From: Takakia lepidozioides
Lineage: Eukaryota; Plantae; Bryophyta
Assembly: GCA_030704615.1 (NCBI GenBank)
Contig: CM060734.1
Span: forward strand, 5,952,001 to 6,016,000
Direction: 5' to 3'
Length of the DNA: 64,000 bases
Shown: piece by piece, positions 13,094 to 26,084 of the stretch
How the letters are laid out: each line of letters begins with the position of its first letter
How positions within the stretch are numbered: the stretch's first letter is position 1
Program-made: the position numbers and the translations under genes
The notes under the pieces: model-generated
What the model saw: only the letters and a program-made list of their open reading frames with translations
Databases searched by the model: none
Told to the model about the DNA's origin: nothing

Positions 13094-14105
13094 CTATCCT
13101 AATGTAAGTTCGGCTGTAGCACCCATTGCCAAAGGTCCCCCCCTCTCTAACAGAGCAATTGCAAGGTCCTGTTCATGCCAGAATCTGAGCCATTTGGCAA
13201 GCTTTCGGAGTGTCTCAATTTCAAGGTCCAAAATCCAATTAGGTGTGCAGGTTATCATCAATGCCAAAAAACCTACCACATATTCTCTCCATATAGTTTG
13301 CTCACACCCAACTGAAATTCCCCCCTCCAATCCACCAGCCAAGAAGTCCATGTGCGAACCTAACACATGCTGCCGCCGCAATTTAATAGGAACACCAGTA
13401 CTACCATGCAATGACTGGGTGCCCTTGGATCCAGAAATGCCCCAGGCAAGCGCACCAGAGAGCAGGGCAAAGTGAGCTATGGCATAACCTTCCACTATAA
13501 CAGCACCCCCACTTTGCGTGGATTTTGAACCACTAGTAGACAGGAACCAGGTCGGTAAACTTTCGGTGAAGAGTTTTGCCACTAATGTTGTGCCTCCTGA
13601 TACATACAAGAGAGATGCTCCTAAGGATGATGCCTGTACTGCTCTGGACATAGACGTGGCCAAGGATGCCTGCACACATCGTAGTCGCGCTTCGTGTCCA
13701 GCTGTTACATGAGAATCCACATTGGCTTGCGCCCCTAAGTCCCTGGCTGCTTCATGCACCAGTGCCAGTGTTTCATCACTTAAAAACATGATGTCGTGGA
13801 GGGTTGGGTAGGAGCGTAGGTACAGAATCCCTAGGGCAATATGATCAGTTCTATTGAGAAAGGAGTGTGACCAAATGCCATGGCCCAGGAGGGCTCCCAC
13901 ACCCCCATTTACCTGCAACTTGTTACGTAGTGCAGAAGAAGTGAAAAGAGTGACAGAAAAGCAGCTGCGCAACAACTGCAAGACAACCAGTTTGTTCTGC
14001 TTGAAGACTGAGCATGATGTTGCGAACACAATGTACTCTTGCCACCTCCACACCTTTTGGGACCACAAAGCTGTAACCACTTGCATACTGGGCCAGGGGC
14101 CACCC
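13094..14105 (-). pseudogene. MED33: Mediator subunit 33 (REF4/RFR1 family) C-terminal coding segment, isolated fragment
   Basis: PWPSMQVVTALWSQKV.RW; GGVGALLGHG; GILYLR; SLGASL; LPTWFLS; HMDFLAGGLEGGISVGCEQTIWREYVVGF; LALALLERGG..AMGATAEL. The N-terminal part of the gene is absent from the window. Confidence 0.85.
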
Positions 14106-14495
14106 ATCCAGCTTTAATGATGCTTGCATGAATCTGCTTGCCCATTTCCAGGGTGGTTGGGCTGGCACACGCATTGAGGGCGCTGATGAAGGTGATCTTG
14201 TTTGGCTTCATGCCTTCTAGTTGCATTTGTTGAAAGAGGTCCAAAGCCTCTTCATTGTGCCCTTGGTGAGCATATCATGCCATCATCCCAGTCCATGAGA
14301 CCACATCTTGTTCAGGCATTGTGTCAAATACGACGCGCACATCCCCCCACACACCCGCATTGGCAATACATACAAACAAGTGCAGTCCCACTTGGACATC
14401 TGATTCAAAACCAGCTCTGATTATGCCGGCGTGTAGCTGCTTGCCCTATTCGAGTGCTGCTGGGATGGCACATGCATTGAGAATGTCCACATATT
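14106..14495 (-). pseudogene. PLS-class PPR gene fragment (several repeats, with stops)
   Basis: ILNACA.PAALE*GKQLHAGIIRAGFESDVQVGTALVCMY...DVVSWTGM..YAHQGHNEEALDLFQQMQLEGMKPNKITFISALNACASPTTLEMGKQIHASIIKAG. Confidence 0.85.
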
Positions 14496-15125
14496 CTGAA
14501 AAGTGATCTGCAATCATATCCATCAGAAATAGCCCTACCTTCAGGGACAATCCTGCCTCATGTGAAAACCTGTATTTAGTCTTTCTTGCATATGAGAGAG
14601 GTGGGCTTCAACTTCAAAATATGAGGTTCAGGGACTTGGCTTGGTCTTGCCTTTGGACCTCAAAATCCTCTGGGTGGCAGTTGGACTCCCTACCACCTAA
14701 AAGCAGCATTGTTTCAGCCCACCCTGGTACATGAGACTCACCCCAAAATTGCCATAGCTCCAATGACAATCTGGTGAAGGGCATGTGGATACAAGGTGGA
14801 CTAACATCATCGTCGAAACACAATGCTGATTTCAGACTGCTGATGTTGCCATTTGCCCACAATTGCTGAAGAGAATGTACTTATAACATGTTTGCCACAA
14901 CTGCTAGAGAGAAAGAGATAGAGAGAGGGAGAGGGAGAGAGAATGTACTACTCGTAAGACGGTGTTTGCCGTAGCCTTGTAGCCAATGACCACCATCATG
15001 AAGTGGTAACCAACAACAATATGTTGTGCCAAAAATCGATCCACGCTGCACTCATCTCCACCTACACCCTGCAACAAGAGAACAACTCCACAATTTGGGC
15101 AACAGACATGTAAAGACTTTAGCTT

Positions 15126-15137
15126 TAGTATCAGAGC
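15126..15137 (+). other. Degenerate tRNA-iMet primer-binding site of an LTR-retrotransposon remnant
   Basis: TAGTATCAGAGC, one mismatch from TGGTATCAGAGC. No internal domain follows. Confidence 0.4.
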
Positions 15138-15903
15138 ATGGCCTGGTCATGTGGACTTTGTGACAGTGCTATAAGCTCTTGGTTGAGATAAATAGCGATG
15201 CAAGTGCCAAAGCTCCACCAACCACCTACACCCATAGAATCTGAAAATGTACTTGTGAGACTGTTTGCTGCAAGTTGCAACTTTGAGACCATAGACTCGG
15301 GAAATGAGAAAGCAGAAAAGAAATAAACCTACAACATCAAGGAAGCTCAAAGAGCTTATGGGACAAAAGAAAGCAGAATAATAAAAAGAAAGGTGGTTCC
15401 CCTAACAAGCTCTCGACAAACAGCCATTCATCAAGAGATTCAAACCTGGACCAGTCCAACTGTCGTGCAGGTTTGCATCTGTTTAAGATAACTAAAAGAA
15501 ACCCACGTGCCCTCAACACGATAGTATAATCTGGCATGTTAATGAGAAAGTAATGCTCAATAGCTAGGGTAGAAATGTAGCCATAGAAACAATTTATGAA
15601 ACAAACAAGTAGAGACATCAGAAGCATCTAGTTTTAAAACCTCAATTGATGTCACAGACCTTGAGGGTAGGGGAAGAAACAGAGAGAGAGAGAGAGAGAG
15701 AAAGAAACAAAGAGAGAGAAGAGAGAAAAAGAGAGTACTTATGCCATTCCAACACATGTAGTGTTCATGTGGACTTTATGATATCATAAAGATTTAGGCA
15801 CCTTCAAACTGCCTCAATCCAACTCTTTCTACATACCTCCTTCTGTCATATCCGCACCAGAAAAGCAGATGTGGGGTGTTCCAAATACAATTGGCTAGTC
15901 CAA

Positions 15904-18620
15904 CTAGCTAATCATGCGGCCATGACCTAAAAGGCTCAAATCCTCAAAAAAACCTGCTTCTTCTATGACATCATAGTTATCCTCGGCTAGGGTTGCCTCT
16001 CCAACCATGAAATCTTTCAGATCTCCTCTAGGTTTGCAATCATATCGAGGGTCCTCTGGCCAATTTTTGATCACCATAACCAGCCTGTCAAGATTCTCAA
16101 CCTGCAAACGACAACAACGAAGTGCTGTGAGGACACCTGCAAGACTAAAAACTCGTTCGGTCTCAATTTGGGACCCCGGGATGCCAAAGATTTGTTTGGC
16201 AAGATATGCAACGTTGGGAAGTTGTTGCTCGTGATCACGCCACCATAACAAGGGATCGGTTGTTGCAGTTATAGGAACAATGAATCGCCGAAATAATGAA
16301 AGTTCAGCCTTCACTACTGCAGCACTTGCTTCTTCGTTTGATGCTCCCACACCAAACATATTGCTGTCCTCATATGTTTCAGGAGATGAAACAACTTCAT
16401 ACTCGCATGTAGCCGGGTTCAGCCGCTTAAAACAAACCATCAGCAAAGGCAATAGACATTTCTGGTCATAGTCCTGAACAAGTTGTATAGCAGCGTCACG
16501 GCCCACATAATTTGACACAAGTTTCAGCCCCTTGAAACGAGGATCCAACATAAGTGCAAACATGTTATGCGCCTTGCGTGCATCAAAATGCTGTAGAAAT
16601 GCAAGGAAAGGTTTGAGAACATGTAACACCTCTTGCCGTATCCTGCTTTTCAGTAGGAACGCCACCATAACAAGGGATCGGTTGTTGCAGTTATAGGAAC
16701 AATGAATCGCCGAAATAATGAAAGTTCAGCCTTCACTACTGCAGCACTTGCTTCTTCGTTTGATGCTCCCACACCAAACATATTGCTGTCCTCATATGTT
16801 TCAGGAGATGAAACAACTTCATACTCGCATGTAGCCGGGTTCAGCCGCTTAAAACAAACCATCAGCAAAGGCAATAGACATTTCTGGTCATAGTCCTGAA
16901 CAAGTTGTATAGCAGCGTCACGGCCCACATAATTTGACACAAGTTTCAGCCCCTTGAAACGAGGATCCAACATAAGTGCAAACATGTTATGCGCCTTGCG
17001 TGCATCAAAATGCTGTAGAAATGCAAGGAAAGGTTTGAGAACATGTAACACCTCTTGCCGTATCCTGCTTTTCAGTAGGAGAAGCTCCAATTTGAACACA
17101 TCTGGCGGTTGCATCTCCTCATCAAACTCCAACATCTCCCTTTGCATGATAACTGAGATGGATATGGATGCATTGAGTGTATCAGAAAATAACCATTGAC
17201 CTCGAGATTGGTTTGCCAGATTTCAAAGAACTTGTAACAACCTCTGCAATAGCCTAGATTTGGGGCTTAGGAACTCTTTGCTGGAGCGTCAAACTTTGAC
17301 GACCATAACAAGTGACAATGGCGTCTTTGAACTCCATGATTTCTTCAAACATTATCACCTTTGATGCAAATCTGGTTTTGACAGGAGTTTTTAGTTTCCG
17401 AGGCCGTAACCTCAGACACAGGCCTTGTTCCACTCAATTCTGCCCTTTCCACTTTTCTTGGTCCATGTGATTGTTTTTTGTAGTGACGCTTGAGCATCTG
17501 AAACTGAAACCTCTTTGAAATCTACACAAACTTTGGCCTCATTTGTTGCGTATTGGCATGCTTTAGACATCACATGTGCAAAGCATGTGCCTTCAAAAAC
17601 TGTAAGGGATTCCAAAACATCGCATGATACGACAAATCTGAGAGCGGCAGCCATTGTGCTCAAATTACCTCCTTCATCCTTGACAAAGGCAATAATGCGT
17701 CTGGTCAAATCAAAATTGTCGAGTAAGGTTTTCAACTGAACTGCCATCGCTGCCCCTGATGTGTTAGACACTTCAAATAGACCCACAGTAACATGAACAT
17801 GAACCCACTCAGAACTAATGAAATTGATTACCAAGGCAAAAGTGTCGACTCCACCCCTGCTCATCCATAAATCGAAGCTGGTAGATGCAGAGACACAACT
17901 TCCAAGGGAAGACAACACATGACGATCCATCGTCTTAGCAACCATTGACGGCAAAACCTCGTCCACAAATTGTCTCCGAGAAGGAAATACGACACGAGGA
18001 CACCGCCTCAAAACCAATCTTCTAAGCCACAAATTTTCAACAGACGAGAGGGCCATGTAACCTTTAGCAATATAAAGTGTAAGGTCTTCCAAAAATTGCA
18101 CTTGCTGCTCATCTGTTTGCTTGTAAGGATTTGTGGACCCAAAGTATGATGTAATGGCACAACCTGTAGGCGAAGTTCGTTTCTTACTTGCTTGACGACT
18201 ATGCTCGAGCTTCGCAGATGCCTTCGCAGCCAAATGCGCTTTCATCGTAGCAAGCAATTCCGGATGAGCAACGTCAACATGCTTGCGCATGACAGTGATA
18301 CCATGCAGCTTGTTGTATTTCACAAGACCTTTCCGGAGCACACTACGCTTACCAACAAGCTGATTGGAAGTCGTAGGCTGGGATCGACAGACAATACAAC
18401 ACAATATCTGAGGATTGACATGGTCCACCTCAGCTGCATCATTCAACGCAAAGAACGACCAACAGACAGAGCCTCTATTGTGTGGTTTCCAAAATTTGCC
18501 CTGTGCTTGCAAAACAAGGAGCTGCTATTGTGCAGGTTCGATTTGCGGATCTTCGACAACCTCATCCACGATAGCAAGATCATGCCCAATCTGCTCAACC
18601 TCAGTGTCATCATGTGATAA
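15904..18620 (-). mobile_element. hAT-superfamily transposase (BED-like finger, DDE core, dimerisation domain), disrupted
   Basis: VCWSFF...CIVC...RKHVDVAH; SFDLWMS; VKDEGGNL; CFAHV; LDPRFK; DPLLWWRDHEQQLPNVAYLAKQIFGIPGSQIETERVFS. Contains stops and an internal duplication. Confidence 0.92.
16237..17080. repeat. Apparently identical 422-bp tandem duplication inside the hAT gene
   Basis: 16237-16658 equals 16659-17080. ORFs 16280-16471 and 16702-16893 are identical at offset 422. Confidence 0.95.
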
Positions 18621-18732
18621 AATGTTGGAAGATGCAGGGATTTCATATGCTTGCAAGGCACAACTAGCTTGCTCATCCATGATTTCCCAGAGGGAGCCCA
18701 GAGGCTATAGACTCTAAGCTCGCAACAATGTT

Positions 18733-20274
18733 TTTAGTGTCTACCTAGCCCATGTTTTTGGGTACCACATGTCAATGGGGGCAGGTTTAGGTAATGAATT
18801 TTCTGCCACTGGCATGTTCCACGTTGGCAAGTTGTGACAAACGAAGGTACATCAACACATGTACATCAAAATGTAGAGTTTTACCTTTTAGTTTATATAT
18901 AAGCTCTGGTGACCGGAAGAAGAGGCCAGTGAAAGAACCCTCAATTCCCAAGGTCATAAAGTAACAATCAGGAAACAATCTTATATCAAACTTTTAGTGT
19001 TTACCCACCCCTTGTTTTGGGTAAAACATGTGTACAAAACCAAAGGGGGCAGGTATTGGGACTTAGGTAATGAAGTCTGGCAGGGGTTTACCACCTGGTA
19101 TTCAGACAAAACATCTACCAACAGCATATCAGAATTGGGTTTTTTTTATGGTGCCTATAAAGAGCAAAGCCATGACCAGGAGAAACAATTTGAGCCAAAG
19201 AAATGGAACTCATTCTTATCATGAGGTATCCAAATCTGACATAAGGCATCGGCTACAAGGGACCGGCAAACAAGAGTAATGTGCATTGACCGGATCATGT
19301 ATAAGGTGTACACGTCTACTCCAGCAAGCTGTCTTACCAAGGCCTAGCTCAAAATTTCAGCATTCAGAAGCCCTATAGATGTTCTGTGCTTATCTCAGGT
19401 ACCTTCAAGGATGCCTTACTCTCCATGCCCAACATATTTTAGCCAACATATTTTTGTTGGAGAAGATCTTACCTTATGAAGGACTTGTTTGCTCCACACC
19501 ATGGTCATGGCGGGAGAGGAGGTCTCATGGCTTTGGCCTTCCCATTGCCTTGGGTTCATCACTTCAATCAGGAACATATTTGATAACCTTTTGTCATGCT
19601 CAGACCAAGGTGTTAGTAAATCAAACATAAAACTGAAAACAGAAGGGAGATTGGTTGATAATGTGTACAAGAACCACCAAGTACACTAGTCTAAATCAGA
19701 GAGGGAAGATACTTATGTCTTGTCGAGACATGGACAAAGACCTGACAAGGTCATTGTAAAATTAACGACAAATCAGCCTCATAACAAGGCATTGTCAACC
19801 ATTCTTCATTCACAAGTCAGCTTTATGACAAATCCCAGACTTCAAAGTCAATGAAGTCTCTGGGTGGGGGGGTGGGAAAAATTAGAGACTCAATTACCAC
19901 TGTTCATAGCAGGAAACCATTGTTCAGCATGCTAAAAAGTGTCATTCATGACATGCCATATCATTCAGTCTCTATTTTTTGGTCAGCTTACATACCAAGG
20001 CATAACCACATCCATATCAGTTTGGCACGGTATCGAGTGTCCTAAAGTAACCAGCTTCTAAAAGAGGCTAAGTTTCCAATGCTTGTACATTCAAGAACAC
20101 TGTCTGGTCATGAAAACAGGTATGCCCTACATTGTAGCATGTTACCAGATCTCTTTAATATCATTGCTCCATTGTCACATCAGTATGCCATAGGGAACAA
20201 GAGATAGTCGCCCCAATGATTGATTGTCCACCATACTAGGTTAAACATAGGAGCCATCAAGATCAAAGGAAAGA
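18733..20274 (+). repeat. Dispersed non-coding repeat B, copy 1, left part
   Basis: 18733-19608 is nearly identical to 26239-27114 (offset 7506). About 19420-20274 matches 63173-64000 inverted. Confidence 0.9.
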
Positions 20275-20690
20275 ACCAAGGCACCGCTCGGGGCTCTCCC
20301 AGCTCCTGCACAACTCCCCACCTCTGCCAACGCCCAAGTGCCAGGACTCTCTCCCACGAATGCCACCACGGTCCCTCTCTGTTAACTAGTTTTATAGAAA
20401 TGTTGTATTAACTTCCATTTTTTCACGGCAAAATGGGTGTAATCCATCCTGGTTTCATCCTCAATTGCCCTTTATTCTCTGGTTTCATGACTCTATGATG
20501 GAATTCCAGCCTCGTTTCATCCTTTTTAAACCCGATTTCATCCTGTTTGAGCTAAATTCAGTAACTAACAACATGTCAGTAATGATAAATGATGACGCGA
20601 TTAGATGTCATCCCTATACTGGATGACTGTCATGGCTTGACGAGAGCTCGTCGCTGCAAACCCTATCACCAAGACAACCAAGAGTTAGTC

Positions 20691-20857
20691 TGAGATGATG
20701 CACATTCTCACTATCTCCCGTTCTCTCATAATGCACATTCTCTCTATCTCACAATCACTCTACACCGAGATGCTTGGAATAGCAGGGCTTTACTTTAGAG
20801 TCCTCACATCATAGCACAAGTACACATCAAATCACTCTGATTCCACTGGATACACAC
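20691..20857. repeat. Short repeat shared with 32672-32839 (probable LTR fragment)
   Basis: TGAGATGAT.CACATTCTCA...CCACTGGATACACAC is present at both sites. Confidence 0.75.
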
Positions 20858-21210
20858 TGATCTGTTCTAAGTTGCATGCAGTTCTTTTATACTACGCTTG
20901 AAAGAGAAGTTTACAGTTCTGCGGTCGTTAATGACCGTTGTCTAACTGCCTACGCAACCTAAAAGGTTTGCAAAAAAGTGGCCCGTGGCCGTGGTTGTGG
21001 CTCGTGGCTCGTGTGCCTCGTGGTACATGGCCCACAGCCCTTCACTACCCTTTCTACTAGTAAAGCCTATGCTACCGTTGACTGCTCCCGTGGTAGTGTA
21101 CCCTTGTTCCGCTGTTGCTAAGTGCTGAGCACTTAGCCTTTTCTGCCCGGGGCCGGGTAGTGTCGGCTATGTCCCATCGTGACTCCCGCGGCCCATCCCT
21201 CGTAGCTGTG

Positions 21211-24170
21211 TCACTTAGCCGTTACCACACCGCTGCAAGACGATGACCCGTGCCTACATACATATTGGAAGTCATGAGCATCCACTGTCGAAAGGGGGAT
21301 GTAGAGAAAGCATCGACGTTTCAAAGGCCCTTCTGAAGGAGGAATTCTACAACACTCCCTCTGCAAAACCATCTGCAATTGCGCTTGCCACCAGCAAAAC
21401 ATTTCTTGTCAAGCACATCATGGCGGGGGAAGATCAGTCCTATGTGAAACTGGAGGGGAGTTCGCTTGAAGCAGTGATGGACCACTTCTCCATTCGTAGC
21501 TCTCCAAATATCCAAAACTAGGCAAATGCGTTGAGAATGGGTCCGGGTAACAAGTTGCATGTACAACATTCTGGACCTGAAACGTCAAAGTCGGTACGAC
21601 TTCATTCAGGATAGTGTCTTCCCAGGACAAGGATCGACCAAAGTGTATTTGTTGCGTTGTGTGATGGGGACTTGCCGGGATTCAGTCCTCAGCAAGCCTC
21701 AGATTCCAGCCGTGTGGCCAGTGAAGTTGGGAACATGTCTGTCGAAGTAAGAAATTGAGATGCTGGAGGATGTCGGGTTTCGTCTTCCAAGAGGCCCAGT
21801 AGTCATAACACCAGTTTCATGTCGGGGTTCGTAATCCGCATTCCCCCCACGTCCACCACATGGGAACGACTGGCCTATGAAACGAAATGGAAAACCGGTC
21901 CGTCGTGTTGAGGCAGGTCCTGAAAACGAGTGCAAAATTGAGTCAGCAAGAAACCTGCAGTGTCGGGTGACCCAAGTTGTCAATGTCCCCCCTCCAGGCT
22001 ATGGGCTGGTGTACAGTATGGTGACATCTGTCTACAGTTGGTCAGGGGAGCGGTGTCACCCTTGTCGAGCGTATGCAGCCTGGTGGAGATTTGGCGAAGG
22101 CATGGTTGAAGTTTGACCACTGGAACGTAAAGAATTGGACGACCATGGCATGCCATGTCTACGATCCAGTTTATCAGCGCCTCATGTCCATTGCCATATG
22201 TGACATGCAGTCTGAGGACACAGAGTCTCAAATGATAATGTGGAACTGCTTGAAATCTGTCATGAGGGCCAATGGTGTTGCGGACACAAATTTCGTAGGG
22301 TTCATGGCTGATAGTGCGGAGGCAAACTGGAATGCGGTTAGGCGAGTTTTCGGTTCGGGATCCAAAGGTGGCAATGGCCAACAGGGAGCGCACTTGCCTT
22401 TTCCACTGGACTCAATCTCTGGAGAAGCACACAAAGAGGTGCATACGACCTGATCTGCAAGCGGAACATAGGAGGCTGTGTCATCTGTACAAGAACGCCA
22501 AAACTCTGGCTGAGGCTGATAGCAGGTACGCCGTGATCAGGGCTTGGTGGGTGTCATTTGGGGCTGCAAGTGAAGACTTCCAGAAAGAATTGGATGACTG
22601 GATTGTCTTCTGGCATTTCTGCTACAGACAATAGGGAGCTTTCATGACAACGGTGAGCTCTCTTCAACCACATTGAACGATTGTTGTTGTTGCAATTCTT
22701 CACCTTCTGCTTCTGTGCAGCAGTTCCACTTCCATACATTCATTGTTTGATGCTGTTTTGCAGGACATGTCACTTGAAGATATGGCGGACATGCCATCCT
22801 GTAATTTGGCGGAATCGGTACACAGTGTCTGGAAGGTGCAGTCCGGGAAAATAGAGATGGATTTGTATGCTGCCACAATGGACGATATGGTTCGAGCACT
22901 TTGCCAACAAACCAGATATCGAGATTTTCTAAGGGGACGGGCAGGAGGGAAAGGCCCAGACACCACTGAATTGATGTTGAGGGCCGCCAAGAGATCGGGT
23001 GATCCGAGTAAGATGGCACAAGCACTCAACAAGTGCACAGTGGGGTCTCCACTGCAATCAAGGGTTCCTCACTTGGAAGGGGAGGAGAGGTTTGGAACAT
23101 GTAAACGTAAGCTTGACACCCCTCCAGGTGTAGATGGGACTTCCCATCGCCACGACATAATGAATTTCTCCGTGCCCCGGTTGTCTCCAATGCAGGGAGG
23201 TTCAAGCAGTGAGACATTTGGTGCAACGTCTTCTTCATGGAAGCCCTCCCAATCACCTGCCACCTTGCCGGTTCCAGGTGGTTCCTCGGACGTGGATCCG
23301 CTTGTGCAGGAGACTGACTGTGATGATAGCGACTGGCACATCAAGCGTGCTCCGAGCGGTTCAAAGGTGAAATGTACTGCAATCCGGGCAAAGACTTATG
23401 CAAAATGAAAAATCCAAATCAGCAAAGGCTCTCGTGGAACTCCTGCTCCTGCATTCACAGGTTTGATTAGACCTTATATGGCAAAAGAGTCCAAAGTTCA
23501 TAAATTTTGGTTCTGCCCCGATGATATTGAGATCTGTGTGAAGGGAACCGTGCGGGAGTCCGTGATAATGAAGCCGCCCCCACCAGCTGTCTGGCCAGTG
23601 AAGACGGGAACCTCCCTCTCAACACTGGAGATTGCCATGTTGGAGGACCATGGATTCCGACTGGCACGCTGTCCAATTTTTCCTGCAACTGGCCCTGCAT
23701 CCACTTTCACTTTATTTGCAGGGGTCCCACCTTCGGTTGATTCTCATCCCACCAAAATGAATGGGAAGACTGTGCGGCATGTGCAATCAGGTGCGGAACA
23801 CGACTGCAAGGTTGAGTCAGCCAGAATCTTGCAGGCAAGGGTGACATCTACCATGGAAGCCCCCCCCCCCCCCCCCCCCCCCCGATTTGGTTGTGTCTAC
23901 ATAATGGTCACTTCGGGCTCGCTTCTTCAGGATAAGGCGTATCAGGTTACGATTGGCACCTGCCCGGAATGCACTTGTCCGGATTTTGTTTTCATGCGTG
24001 AGGGCAGCTTGGGAAGGAAGGGGAAGTGGGTTCCATGCAAGCACCTATACTACATTTTTGTGCGCAGGATGTGTTGTGACCCCAAAAGAGACCAATACAT
24101 TCACCAGGCCACGCTATCACCTGGTGAAGTCCATACTCTTCTGCAACGTGACACGTCCGAGACCGGTTAA
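21211..24170 (+). mobile_element. MULE/Mutator-like transposase pseudogene with C-terminal SWIM finger
   Basis: HIGSHEHP; WLKFDH; GFMADSAEANWNAVRRVF; RTCLFHW; SCNLAESVH; YQVTIGTCPECTCPDF...PCKHLYYIF. Multiple stops and frameshifts. Confidence 0.8.
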
Positions 24171-24496
24171 GTAGAATCATGTAGAGTGTTTGGTGCAATG
24201 CCCCTTGGTGCTTGTTTGCATGTCATACTTTTGCGTGGAAATTGAGTAACAATGAAACAAAAACATACTCGTAATTCAGTGCATGTCTTCATTCAATCAC
24301 TCACTCCTGTGCCGGTCCTATGCAACTCATGTATTGCATGGTCATCTCCTTTCATTGCATATGCATGGATTGTGCTGTCGCTCCTGTCACAAAAGTGCTC
24401 CTGCATTCTTATATTGCGTTGTGCAGTGCAAGATGTTGTCTGTTCCAGCGGGGAAAGGCCCCTGTTCCACGGGAATAGGTGCTGTTTCTAATAGAC

Positions 24497-24600
24497 CCTA
24501 AACCCTAGGCTCATGCTTACCAAGCGTGAGCCTAGGCTCACGCTTAGGGCCTGAAACGTGAGCCCAGCTCCCAGGCTCATGGGGCTGGGCTCATGACCTA
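24497..24600. repeat. Cluster of GGCTCA/TGAGCC inverted repeats including a perfect 24-bp palindrome
   Basis: AAGCGTGAGCCT|AGGCTCACGCTT at 24522-24545, followed by a TGAGCCCAGC...GCTGGGCTCA hairpin. Confidence 0.85.
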
Positions 24601-24917
24601 ACTGCCCTCAGTGACGAGTACCGCATGAGGACCGCATAGAGTACCATGCATGAGTCGTTGATGCATCACAGGCACCGCGCACATTGGAAGGTTGACACAT
24701 TTCCTTACTTGTCATTTATACACTTGAAGTGTGATTTCTTTTCCAAGCCATGACTTGAAATTTGAAAATAGATTGACAAAATAGCCCTCTTGAAGAGGTG
24801 ATGTTAACTATGAGTTTGCTATGATTTAAGTTCATATTTGATGTGGGAAAACCCCAAGACATGATTTGCAAAAAGCTTTGGCACCATTGGAAGTGGAAAG
24901 AAGCATTGGGTACTTGA

Positions 24918-25192
24918 TTAAGTGAGGACCCTCACCTGGTCCCATCACATGCAATCAGAAACAGTTAAGTTAGAGACGATGTGGAACCCCGGGTGAATCG
25001 CAGGTCTCACGCTTGTTATCGCTGTACAACATGCAATACAAAGCAGGGGCAGAAAGGAAACAAAGCATATGCAAGCCAATACCTTGATGGCTTGTGGAAG
25101 AGAGGCCTGTGCCATAGCTCTCAAGACCAGCAAACAAGAATGCACAACAAAATGTACAAAGCATGCACAAAGAAAGTGAATCGCCCAAACTC
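24918..25192 (+). repeat. Dispersed repeat B, copy 1, right part
   Basis: Inverted match to about 62810-63085. ORFs 24981-25223 and 62501-63022 share their first 70 aa. Confidence 0.9.
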
Positions 25193-25539
25193 AAAGAGTT
25201 CAGACACTTCCCTGAGGCCTTAAGATCGCCGCTTGTATCTTAATGATCAATGAAGGTCACAACAAGCAACCACAACACAGGTAGATCGCCCGCCAAGCAT
25301 TAGAGACAACCACCACAGGGAAATTGCAGGTACTGCCGCCATTGCGCACCCCAAGAGGGGAAGAAGGTACTGAATCTTGCCAGAACACCTAAATGCCTTA
25401 ATGGCGCAGCTCCATGGCATTCAAGGGCGCCTGAATCGAGCTCCATGCGGCCCCCGCCGCCATCTCTCAGCTCCAGCCATCCCTTAAGCACGATCGTCGT
25501 GGAGAGGGTTAGGGCAGGGAAGAGATGAAGCGCGATTTC

Positions 25540-25690
25540 CCGCGATTTCATCCACGTGATTTCCCACGATTTCATCCATTCGGGATGAAATCCATCACAC
25601 GGGATGAACTCTACCGCATAGGATGAAATTGTCTCTCGATTTTTCATCTGTGTCATCCTCTGAGGATGACATCCATTTATGGATGAAAAA
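25540..25690. repeat. TTCATCC/GGATGAA motif cluster (subterminal-repeat-like)
   Basis: Many copies in both orientations. The same motif recurs at about 20440-20550. Confidence 0.5.
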
Positions 25691-26084
25691 ATTAAAGAAT
25701 AGGATGGCTCCATTAGGATCCCGACCGTATACCAAAAATCCGGGTAATGTAAATAACCGAAATTAACCAAATTCCAAGAAGGTTAATTAGGGGTTAGGTA
25801 ACATACCACTGGTCTTAAACTATCAAGTTTTAAAAGAACCAGCCAGATCCATGGAGGGAGGGAGAGAGAGGGAGAGAGAGGGAACCCACCAACCATCCCC
25901 TGGTATGGCAGCTCCTTATGGAGTGAGTGTGGTATGCACTCACCCCGTAAGGGAGTGCATACCAGACCCCATCACATAAATGACCTCCCTCTTCTTTGTA
26001 GCTTTTACTTCTGGTTACAAAGGAACCATAGAAATAAACATGCCTACAATCTCAACTCTCCAAGGTCAAAAAACAAAACAAGCC

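Noticed and set aside
14906-15735. (GA)n tracts as regulatory elements
   Set aside because: Ordinary short microsatellites within TE debris.
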